Program-made: the position numbers and the translations under genes
Shown: in pieces, positions 1 to 6,742 of the stretch
Position numbering within the stretch: the stretch's first letter is position 1
Layout of the letters: every line of letters begins with the position of its first letter
The notes under the pieces: generated by a model
Seen by the model: only the letters and a program-made list of their open reading frames with translations
Database searches by the model: none
What the model was told of the DNA's origin: nothing
From: Chloroflexota bacterium
Lineage (GTDB): Bacteria; Chloroflexota; Limnocylindria; QHBO01
DNA length: 32,037 bases
Reading direction: 5' to 3'
Assembly (NCBI GenBank): GCA_005879775.1
Contig: VBJX01000023.1
Span: 1 to 32,037 of the forward strand

Positions 1-1154
1 AGCTCGGACCGGCGAGCGTTGTGCTCGGCGGGCGTTACCAGGCCCGCGTCCCGCAGCTGGTCAATCTCACGCAGCTGCTCTGTCTGGTGCTCCGGAAGCT
101 CGCGCCGGGCGTGGCTGCGGCGATCGAGCGAGATGGTGGTGATCGCCGACGTGATCGCGCTGAAGAGCCCCAGGCTGATCAGCACGAAGAGGCTCGCGAA
201 GAGCTGACCGTGCTGCGCGGCCACGAGGAAGAGAGCGGAGCTGACCGCGGCGGCCGCCCAGACGGGGACGAGCCAGGTGAGGCTGCGGTGGCTTCGAAGC
301 TGCGGGGCCGGCTTGGGAGCCGTCGGGACGGATGCCGTCGCGAACGGTGCCACAGCAACCGCCGGCGCGGCTGCGGCCTGCCGGGTTCCGCCGGCCGCCG
401 CCCCAATGCGGCCTCGAACGCGTCGAACTCGGCCGGCAACCTGCCCGACAGCGGCGGTGGTGCGAGCCACGGCCGGGCCGAGCACCAGGAGCCAGAGGAG
501 GCGCAGAACGCGCGCAAGGCGGAGTAGCGGAACAAGGGCGACCAGATCGACGAGGTGCGTGAAGAAGTGGGTTCGTCGATCCTCGGCGGCCGCCAGGCGC
601 GATCCGTATTCGGCGACGAAGACCGCGGTCAGGAACCAGCCTGCATCGACGCCGACGCGCTCCACCGATCCGCCAAGCCGACTGGCGGCCAGGCCGACGA
701 GCGTCGAGACGACGGCCAGGACCGACATCGCCTCCTCCCAGCGGACCTCGTGGGCGCCGATGAAGGCCACGTAGGCCGCTCGCAGCTTCGGCAGCGCCGG
801 CTCCCGGGGGGCCCGCACGGCGGGCGGTGCAGGCGCCGGGGCGGCTTCGACGTTGACGACGGCACCGAGCTCGTGGGCGGGTGTGCCGCACTTGCTGCAG
901 ATCCGCGCGTCCGCATCCATCGGCTGCCCGCAGGTGAGGCAGAACGAAGTCGCAGCCGCGGCCTGGGGAGCGAGGGCCGCCTCGGCCTCCGACTCCTCGA
1001 CGGGTTGCTCGACGGCTTTCGCCACCGTGTCGAACGCGACAGCGGGCGCGTCGGGCTGCGGCGCATGACAGCGGTAACAGCGCGCGTCCGACTCGCGGTT
1101 CGCACACCAGCACTCGCGACAGATCCAGCCGTTCTCGAAGGTAGGCACCGGCAT
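1..1154 (-). CDS. Membrane protein with two N-terminal zinc ribbons, a voltage-sensor-like (S2-S4 type) segment and a C-terminal SHOCT-like motif. The 3' end runs off the window.
   Basis: This is the third minus frame. It is absent from the ORF track because it has no stop inside the window, and it is open from ATG 1154-1152 to the window edge. GGAG lies just upstream. Hand translation: MPVPTFENGWICRECWCANRESDARCYRCH...FCLTCGQPMDADARICSKCG...WFLTAVFVAEYGSRLAAAEDRRTHFFTHLVDLVALVPLLRLARVLRLLWLLVL...two more TM helices...EQLREIDQLRDAGLVTPAEHNARRSEL. Third codon positions are G/C-rich. Confidence 0.75.
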   Translation of the reverse strand, partial: MPVPTFENGWICRECWCANRESDARCYRCHAPQPDAPAVAFDTVAKAVEQPVEESEAEAALAPQAAAATSFCLTCGQPMDADARICSKCGTPAHELGAVVNVEAAPAPAPPAVRAPREPALPKLRAAYVAFIGAHEVRWEEAMSVLAVVSTLVGLAASRLGGSVERVGVDAGWFLTAVFVAEYGSRLAAAEDRRTHFFTHLVDLVALVPLLRLARVLRLLWLLVLGPAVARTTAAVGQVAGRVRRVRGRIGAAAGGTRQAAAAPAVAVAPFATASVPTAPKPAPQLRSHRSLTWLVPVWAAAAVSSALFLVAAQHGQLFASLFVLISLGLFSAITSAITTISLDRRSHARRELPEHQTEQLREIDQLRDAGLVTPAEHNARRSE

Positions 1155-1308
1155 GAGCTCCAGATTCGCGCCACATCGCCCGTCATCGGGCGCCTGCGCA
1201 CGTTCGAGCCTAGTGATCAGGGCTCTCCTGTCGATGACTGGAAAGTACCGGGCCTCCGCAGTCGATGTGCGCATGACGGTTCTGATTGGTGTTCTATAGT
1301 CGGAAGCG

Positions 1309-1800
1309 ATGGCGACCCGCGACGCCTACGAAGTGCTCCACGTTCATCCTCGGGCCGACCCGCTGGTGATCAAGGCCGCATACCGAGTCCTGGCGGCCAT
1401 GTTCCACCCCGATCATGACCCCTCGCCCACCGCTGCCCAGCGCATGGCGGAGCTGAATGCGGCGTATGCACTGGTCCGCGACCCCGAGGCGCGCCGGGTC
1501 TACGACCGCAGCCGCCAAGCACCCGCGCCACCGCCTTCGCCCATCATGCAGCCGGCGGCCGCGACCGCACCTGCCGGGCGACGAATGGGCGGTCCGACGG
1601 TGGAGAGCCCGGTTGTCGACTTCGGCCGTTACGCCGGCTGGCGGCTGGCTGACCTGGCTCGCTCCGATCCGGACTACCTGCGTTGGCTCAGCCGCCACTC
1701 GTCTGGGATCCGCTATCGGCGCCAGATCAGCGAGCTGCTCAACCAGGTGGCGGACAAGCCGGCTGCGCAGCCTGCCAAGAAGAACTGGAGGGGCCGATGA
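1309..1800 (+). CDS. J-domain (DnaJ-like) protein with a C-terminal DUF3820-like module
   Basis: ORF 1309..1800. The N-terminus DAYEVLHVHPRADPLVIKAAYRVLAAMFHPDH carries the HPD motif. The C-terminus VVDFGRYAGWRLADLARSDPDYLRWL resembles the FGKYKG...YLRWL (DUF3820 / exonuclease X C-terminal-like) motif. Confidence 0.85.
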   Translation: MATRDAYEVLHVHPRADPLVIKAAYRVLAAMFHPDHDPSPTAAQRMAELNAAYALVRDPEARRVYDRSRQAPAPPPSPIMQPAAATAPAGRRMGGPTVESPVVDFGRYAGWRLADLARSDPDYLRWLSRHSSGIRYRRQISELLNQVADKPAAQPAKKNWRGR

Positions 1801-2213
1801 GCTTCAACACCGAGGACTTCCCCGCTCCGAGCGAAGGATTCGTTGTCGCACATTTCCTGGTCGTCTCCGACCAGGATCGATCGCGCGAGTTCTATCGGTC
1901 AATCTTTGACGGCAAGGTGCTCTTCGAGCGCGACCCGGTGATCCTGAAGGTCGCCAACTCGTGGCTGATCCTCAATGAGGGCGGCGGCCCGACCGATGAC
2001 AAGCCGAGCGTCACGCTGGAGACGCCCACCGACCCGGATCGGGTCAGCGCCTTCCTGAACATCCGGGTGGCCGACATCGCCAAGGCCTACCGGGAGTGGT
2101 CGGCCAAGGGGGCGCACTTCCTGACCGAGCCGAAGGACCACGGTCGCGAGATCCGCGCCTACATCCGCGACCCGGACGGGCACCTCATCGAGGTCGGCGA
2201 GGCTCGCTTCTAA
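1797..2213 (+). CDS. VOC / glyoxalase-bleomycin resistance family protein
   Basis: Internal ATG of ORF 1683..2213 overlaps the upstream stop (ATGA at 1797-1800), with GGAGGGG at 1787-1793. The protein MSFNTEDFPAPSEGFVVAHFLVVSDQDRSREFY...IRDPDGHLIEVGE is typical of the VOC fold. Confidence 0.85.
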   Translation: MSFNTEDFPAPSEGFVVAHFLVVSDQDRSREFYRSIFDGKVLFERDPVILKVANSWLILNEGGGPTDDKPSVTLETPTDPDRVSAFLNIRVADIAKAYREWSAKGAHFLTEPKDHGREIRAYIRDPDGHLIEVGEARF

Positions 2214-2217
2214 GGGT

Positions 2218-2292
2218 TGGCTGGGGCGGAAGGATTCGAACCTTCGATCTCCTGATCCAGAGTCAGGCGCCTTACCACTTGGCCACACCCCA
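2218..2292 (-). tRNA. tRNA-Gln (anticodon CUG), CCA encoded
   Basis: The reverse complement folds as a 75-nt cloverleaf: TGGGGTG TG GCC AAGTGGTAA GGC G CCTGA CTCTGGA TCAGG AGATC GAAGG TTCGAAT CCTTC CGCCCCA G CCA. It has U1:A72 and G73 as in bacterial tRNA-Gln, and the anticodon loop is CT-CTG-GA. Confidence 0.92.
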
Positions 2293-2331
2293 GCGCCGGC
2301 CGATCTTATCAAACCAAGGCGGCCGGGCCCG

Positions 2332-2724
2332 TCAGCGGTGGTTGTAGAGCTCCACCTGCCAGCGCCACTCGGTCCCGTCGGGAGCGTTCCACCAGGCGAT
2401 CAGGGTGCCCACCTCGCCACCGGGCAGGATCACCAGCGAGCCAAGGTCATCGGCGGTCGGCCAGCGGTCCTCGCGCACGATGCCACCGTCGGCGATCGAG
2501 AGGCGGGTCATCGGCAGGTAGGGACCCTCCCGCGTGGTCGATCCGCGCGCGACGAGCCTCTCGTCGAAGGTTCGCACCGTGACCTCAAGCTTCTTGGGGG
2601 CGCTGTGCACCCAGAGGAGATCGGTCGGGTCCAGGCGTCCGCGGGCGAAAGGCAGCCCGGTCGCGCCGCCACCCGGATACCACAGCTCCCAGGTCTGGAG
2701 CGGCTTGGGGTCGATCATCGGCAT
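2332..2724 (-). CDS. Hypothetical protein (130 aa)
   Basis: Only the C-terminal 130 codons of the 710-aa track ORF 2332..4464 look like real protein (MPMIDPKPLQTWELWYPGGGATGLPFARGRL...GTLIAWWNAPDGTEWRWQVELYNHR). The rest is antisense to the amidase gene. The start could be 2724 or 2718. Confidence 0.6.
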   Translation of the reverse strand: MPMIDPKPLQTWELWYPGGGATGLPFARGRLDPTDLLWVHSAPKKLEVTVRTFDERLVARGSTTREGPYLPMTRLSIADGGIVREDRWPTADDLGSLVILPGGEVGTLIAWWNAPDGTEWRWQVELYNHR

Positions 2725-2790
2725 CGGGTGGCCATGGTAGACGAACCCATCGCCATAGGTCCGGGCGGCGGTAGCCCGTACGGACCGCTG

Positions 2791-2809
2791 CCTCCGCGGG
2801 CCGCGGAGG
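2791..2809. promoter_or_regulatory. 19-bp GC-rich perfect palindrome in a divergent intergenic region
   Basis: CCTCCGCGG-G-CCGCGGAGG lies between the divergent hypothetical genes starting at 2724 (-) and 2860 (+). Confidence 0.3.
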
Positions 2810-2859
2810 GCTACCTTCACAGGGCTGATGACCTGGCACCAAAGGACAGAAGGGGACCG

Positions 2860-3228
2860 ATGACGCAGACAGTCGGAACGCGCGAATGGCGTCGGTACGG
2901 GTTCGGTGGACCGCCGGAGCCATGGGAGCACGGCGCCCAGCGCGACCTCGATCGGCTGGCGACCTCCTACTACCTCGAGATCATCGAGCTGCGCGGCGCG
3001 GCCCTGGCTGCGCATCTGGATGAGGAGCTGTGGCTGCGGATCGAGGAGCTGAGCACCACGGCCACCCGTCACAAGCACGAGATCGACTACACGCTGCGTC
3101 ACTGGGCGACCCCCGCCGAGCGCGCGCGACTCACCGATCGGCTCGGCTCCCTGATGCGAATCAGCCGCCGACTTCACTCCGTCGTGCACGGCTCGGATGA
3201 TCCGGAGCCGCAGCCCGAAGCCGCCTGA
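2860..3228 (+). CDS. Hypothetical helical protein (122 aa)
   Basis: Internal ATG 2860 of ORF 2338..3228 is preceded by GAAGGGGA. The sequence MTQTVGTREWRRYGFGG...LEIIELRGAALAAHLDEELWLRIEEL has protein-like composition. I recognised no family. Confidence 0.6.
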   Translation: MTQTVGTREWRRYGFGGPPEPWEHGAQRDLDRLATSYYLEIIELRGAALAAHLDEELWLRIEELSTTATRHKHEIDYTLRHWATPAERARLTDRLGSLMRISRRLHSVVHGSDDPEPQPEAA

Positions 3229-3279
3229 CCGTCGGGGCCCCTGCCGCAACCGGGCGGTGGCTGTAGGCTGCACAGGCCG

Positions 3280-5085
3280 ATGCGCCACCCGAGACTCGCC
3301 TATCTCCTGCCTGCCGGCCTCCTGATCGCCAGCCAGCTTCTCTCGCCGGAGCTCACAACGGCCCTCCCGACAGAGCTGCCGCCCAGCGCCGGCGGAGGGT
3401 CGATCCGCGTCGTCGCCCGCGACGTCGAGACCTCGGTCGAGCACGAACGTGTGGTCGCACTGCCGATGGCCGCCACGCACGTGGCCATCCACTGGCACGG
3501 CGCCCCCACCGCCACCCTGACGATTGCCTTTGGCAGCGCAGCGGGTCAGTTCGGGCCGGAGATGCCAGTCGAACTCGACGAGGACGGGCAGCAGCCGTCC
3601 GACGGAGACACCTTTGGCAGCGTGATGTGGGCCGCCGGAGCCAGGCTGGTGCGGGTCACCTCCGACCAGCCGATTGAACAGCTCACCGTTGAGGCGATCC
3701 AGAGCACCGGACCCGCCGCCAATGGAGACGGCGCCTCGATCGAGGCGGCCATGACGCAATCGCCCGTCATCACCCGGGCCCAGTGGGGAGCCGACGAGTC
3801 GTACCGTTTCGACGCCGCGGGGCACGAGCACTGGCCACCGAGCTTCAACCCGCTTCAGAAGTTCTTCATCCACCACACCGCCGGCCGCAACGGCGACCCG
3901 AATCCGGCGGCGACGGTGCGGGCCATCTACTACTACCACGCGATCACTCGGGGCTGGACGGACATCGGCTACAACTTCCTCATCGACGAAGCCGGCCACA
4001 TCTACGAGGGCCGCCACGCGCGCGACTACGCCCCCGGCGAAGTTCCGACCGAGGAGGACCTGGCTGGCAACGTGGTGCGGGCCGGCCACGTCAAGGACTT
4101 CAACGACGGGTCGATGGGGATCGCATTGCTCGGCACCTTCGAGACGCAGCAGCCCACTGCCGCGGCGCGCGCGGCGCTCCAGCGCCTGCTGGCGTGGGAA
4201 TCTGAACGCCACGGGATCGATCCGCAGGGCTACGGCCTGTACACCAATCCGGTGACGGGGCTGCAGAAGAGCCTGTGGAACATCTCCGGCCACCGCGACG
4301 GCCAGGCGACCTCCTGTCCGGGGGCGGCCTTCTACGCCACCCTGCCGGCCCTGCGCGACGCGGTCGCGGCGAAGATCGCCGCCGTCAGCGGCCCACTGGT
4401 TGACCACACCGCGCCGCACGTCTCTTCGTTGCTGCCGATGTCCCCCACGCCCACCGGCAGCCACACCATCAGCTTCGGCCTGATCTTCAGCGAGCCGGTG
4501 AGCGGGCTGACCAGGTCAGACTTCACCGTGTCGGGAACGTCGTCCGGCTGGAGCGTGGTGGGCGTCACTGGAGCCGGTGCCGTCTACGCCGTCGACCTCC
4601 AGGGGGTTCAGCCGACCATTGGCTCGGTCGTACTCAAGCTCGGGAGGAACAAGGTCACCGATCTGGCCGGGCTGCCGGGGCCCGGCACGGCGGCACAGGC
4701 GACCGCCACCTTTGCGGTGGATCATACCTCGCCATCGGTCGCGCTCTTCCCGACCATCAACCTGGCGGCAAGTCCCGCCTGGGTGGACGTGACGCTCACC
4801 TTCAACGAGCCAATCCGCGGCCTCTCGCCCCAGGACCTGGTGCTGGGCGGCTCCTCCAACACGGCCACGCCCTGGGCGATCAGCGCCGTGGCCGGCTCCG
4901 GGGCTCACTACGCCGTGACCATCACCCGCACCTCTCCGGCCACGGGGAAGCTGACCATCTACCTGCCGGCGGGCAGGGTGCAGGACCTTGCCGGCAACCC
5001 GAGCCTGAAGTCGAACACCCTCTCGATCGCCATCAGCGGCGGCAGCAGCGTGTTGACCTCATCCCATCTGCTGCTGCTTCTCTGA
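3280..5085 (+). CDS. Secreted N-acetylmuramoyl-L-alanine amidase (Amidase_2/PGRP domain) with two C-terminal Ig-like repeats
   Basis: Signal-like N-terminus MRHPRLAYLLPAGLLIASQLL. Amidase_2 signatures are present: FIHHTAG...ITRGWTDIGYNFLIDEAGHIYEGR...SMGIALLGTF...ISGHRDGQATSCPG. Two DHT(A/S)P...F(S/N)EP(V/I)...DLAGxP modules follow. Confidence 0.9.
   Translation: MRHPRLAYLLPAGLLIASQLLSPELTTALPTELPPSAGGGSIRVVARDVETSVEHERVVALPMAATHVAIHWHGAPTATLTIAFGSAAGQFGPEMPVELDEDGQQPSDGDTFGSVMWAAGARLVRVTSDQPIEQLTVEAIQSTGPAANGDGASIEAAMTQSPVITRAQWGADESYRFDAAGHEHWPPSFNPLQKFFIHHTAGRNGDPNPAATVRAIYYYHAITRGWTDIGYNFLIDEAGHIYEGRHARDYAPGEVPTEEDLAGNVVRAGHVKDFNDGSMGIALLGTFETQQPTAAARAALQRLLAWESERHGIDPQGYGLYTNPVTGLQKSLWNISGHRDGQATSCPGAAFYATLPALRDAVAAKIAAVSGPLVDHTAPHVSSLLPMSPTPTGSHTISFGLIFSEPVSGLTRSDFTVSGTSSGWSVVGVTGAGAVYAVDLQGVQPTIGSVVLKLGRNKVTDLAGLPGPGTAAQATATFAVDHTSPSVALFPTINLAASPAWVDVTLTFNEPIRGLSPQDLVLGGSSNTATPWAISAVAGSGAHYAVTITRTSPATGKLTIYLPAGRVQDLAGNPSLKSNTLSIAISGGSSVLTSSHLLLLL
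4402..5010 (+). repeat. Tandem duplication of a roughly 105-aa Ig-like (SbsA/Big_5-type) module inside the amidase gene
   Basis: Repeat 1 is DHTAPHVSS...FSEPVSGLTRSDFTV...YAVDL...VTDLAGLPG. Repeat 2 starts at 4720: DHTSPSVAL...FNEPIRGLSPQDLVL...YAVTI...VQDLAGNPS. Confidence 0.6.
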
Positions 5086-5097
5086 CCCGCCGGTACG

Positions 5098-6060
5098 GTG
5101 GGCACCGCGGCGCGCCTCGGCCTTGCCGGGATCGCCCAGCCGACGCCGCTCGAGGGTTCGCCACTCCTTGCCGCTGAGGGCGGCGTCGCCGAGGTCCGGC
5201 TGAAGTTGGAGATGCTCCAGCCAACGGGTGCCTTCAAGATCCGCGGCGCCCATAACAAGGTGGCGCTCGTCGCCGCACAGCAGCCCGATGCCGAGCTGGT
5301 CACCGCCAGCAGTGGCAACCACGGCATCGCGGTGGCCACCGCGGCTGCGCGCCACGCCATGCCGCTCACGGTCCTGGTCGGCGCATCGGTCTCGCCGTCC
5401 AAGCTGGAGCGCCTGCGGGCGCTCGAATCGGACCTGTGCGTGGTCGAGATCTTCGGACGAGACAGCGACGACGCCGAGGCGGAGGGCAGGCGGCGGGACA
5501 CCGCCGGGATGGCGGTCTACGTGGCTCCCTATAACGACGCCGACGTCGTCGCCGGGCAGGGGACGGTCGGGGTCGAGATCCTCGACGAATGGCCAGCCTG
5601 CGACGCCATCGTGGTGCCGATCGGCGGGGGCGGGCTCATCTCCGGCATCGGGCTATGGGCCAAGGCGGTGAATCCGAGCCTGCGCCTGGTCGGGGTCCAG
5701 CCATCGGCCTCCCCTCCGATGTATGCCTATTTCGAGTCGGGCTCGACCAAGCCGATGCCGATCGCACCCACCCTGGCCGATGGCGTGGCAGGCAACATCG
5801 AGCGCGACAGCATCACCTGGCGCATGTGCCGCCAGCTGGTCGATGAGGTGGTGGTCGTCGATGAGGGGCAGATCGCCGATGCCATGCGCTGGATCATCGA
5901 CGCGCATCACCTGGTGGTCGAGGCCTCGGCTGTCCTGGGGATTGCCGCGCTGCGCGCCCGGCTGGGCGGGCTGGCGGGTCGTCGCGCAGCCGTGGTCGTG
6001 ACGGGGCGAAACGTCGACGGCGCCACGCTGCGGTCGGTGCTGGAAGAGAGCGAAGGGTAG
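5098..6060 (+). CDS. PLP-dependent threonine/serine dehydratase family enzyme
   Basis: LKLEMLQPTGAFKIRGA contains the PLP lysine motif, and SSGNHG and GGGGLISG loops are present. GTG 5098 is the first possible start after the in-frame stop at 5083-5085. Confidence 0.85.
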   Translation: MGTAARLGLAGIAQPTPLEGSPLLAAEGGVAEVRLKLEMLQPTGAFKIRGAHNKVALVAAQQPDAELVTASSGNHGIAVATAAARHAMPLTVLVGASVSPSKLERLRALESDLCVVEIFGRDSDDAEAEGRRRDTAGMAVYVAPYNDADVVAGQGTVGVEILDEWPACDAIVVPIGGGGLISGIGLWAKAVNPSLRLVGVQPSASPPMYAYFESGSTKPMPIAPTLADGVAGNIERDSITWRMCRQLVDEVVVVDEGQIADAMRWIIDAHHLVVEASAVLGIAALRARLGGLAGRRAAVVVTGRNVDGATLRSVLEESEG

Positions 6061-6070
6061 TATCGCGGGC

Positions 6071-6706
6071 ATGACCGCACCCCAGGGTCCGGCGCGCCGC
6101 GGGAGCTCCGGCGCCGTGGTGCTGGGCGCCGTCCTGATCGCCCTGGGCCTCATCTTCTTCGTCGGCCAGCAGCTGAATGTCGACCTGGCCGACGCGGCCT
6201 GGCCCTTCTACGTGATTGCCCCGGGACTGGCCCTGGTGGCATTCGGCCTGACCCAGGCGCGGGGATCCGGCCTGGCGATCGCCGGCAGCATGGTGACCAT
6301 GATCGGCCTCGTCCTGCTCTACCAGAACGCGACCGACCACTGGGAGAGCTGGGCATACGCGTGGGCGCTGGTGGCGCCGGGTGGCAGCGGGATCGGGATG
6401 CTCCTGTACGGCACGCGGAGCGGCGACGCCAGGATGGCGCGCGACGGGTTCTTCACCATCGTCACCGCCATCGGCCTCTTCGCCGCCGGCCTCGTCTTCT
6501 TCGAGGGGATCCTCGGCATCTCCGGCGAGCGGCTGCCCCTGCCGCAATGGGCGCTGCCGGTGGCGATCATCGTCATCGGCCTGCTGCTCCTGCTGCGTGG
6601 CTTCACCGCTCGGCGCGTCTTCGCAGAGCCTTCCCCGTCATCGCCATCGGTGGCGGAACCGCCGGACTCGGAAGAGGAGCCCGCCCAGAGCCCGCCCGCA
6701 ACGTGA
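6071..6706 (+). CDS. Integral membrane protein (about 5-6 TM helices) with a Pro/Ser/Glu-rich tail
   Basis: ORF 6071..6706 contains repeated hydrophobic helices (VVLGAVLIALGLIFFV, FYVIAPGLALVAFGL, and others). G/C third-position bias is strong. Confidence 0.7.
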   Translation: MTAPQGPARRGSSGAVVLGAVLIALGLIFFVGQQLNVDLADAAWPFYVIAPGLALVAFGLTQARGSGLAIAGSMVTMIGLVLLYQNATDHWESWAYAWALVAPGGSGIGMLLYGTRSGDARMARDGFFTIVTAIGLFAAGLVFFEGILGISGERLPLPQWALPVAIIVIGLLLLLRGFTARRVFAEPSPSSPSVAEPPDSEEEPAQSPPAT

Positions 6707-6742
6707 CCGGTCGAGGATCGGCGCCCCTATCCTTAGCGGGTC

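Noticed and set aside
21-1418. Track ORFs 21..527 (+), 67..1176 (-), 555..1418 (+) and 629..1201 (-)
   Set aside because: All are Arg/Pro/Gly-rich and out of frame with the edge-open minus frame. That frame gives a coherent zinc-ribbon / TM / SHOCT protein.
2218-3300. Possible tRNA-Gln-associated integrative island
   Set aside because: No integrase or recombinase gene lies nearby, and I did not notice a direct repeat of the tRNA 3' end. The flanking genes are ordinary. Only the two orphan genes are flagged, as a separate finding.
2725-4464. N-terminal roughly 580 codons of the 710-aa minus-strand ORF 2332..4464
   Set aside because: It is Arg/Gly/Pro/Val-rich with no recognisable motifs, and it is antisense to the well-supported amidase and the hypothetical gene at 2860. 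This is a typical high-GC shadow ORF. Only the last 130 codons were kept as a gene.
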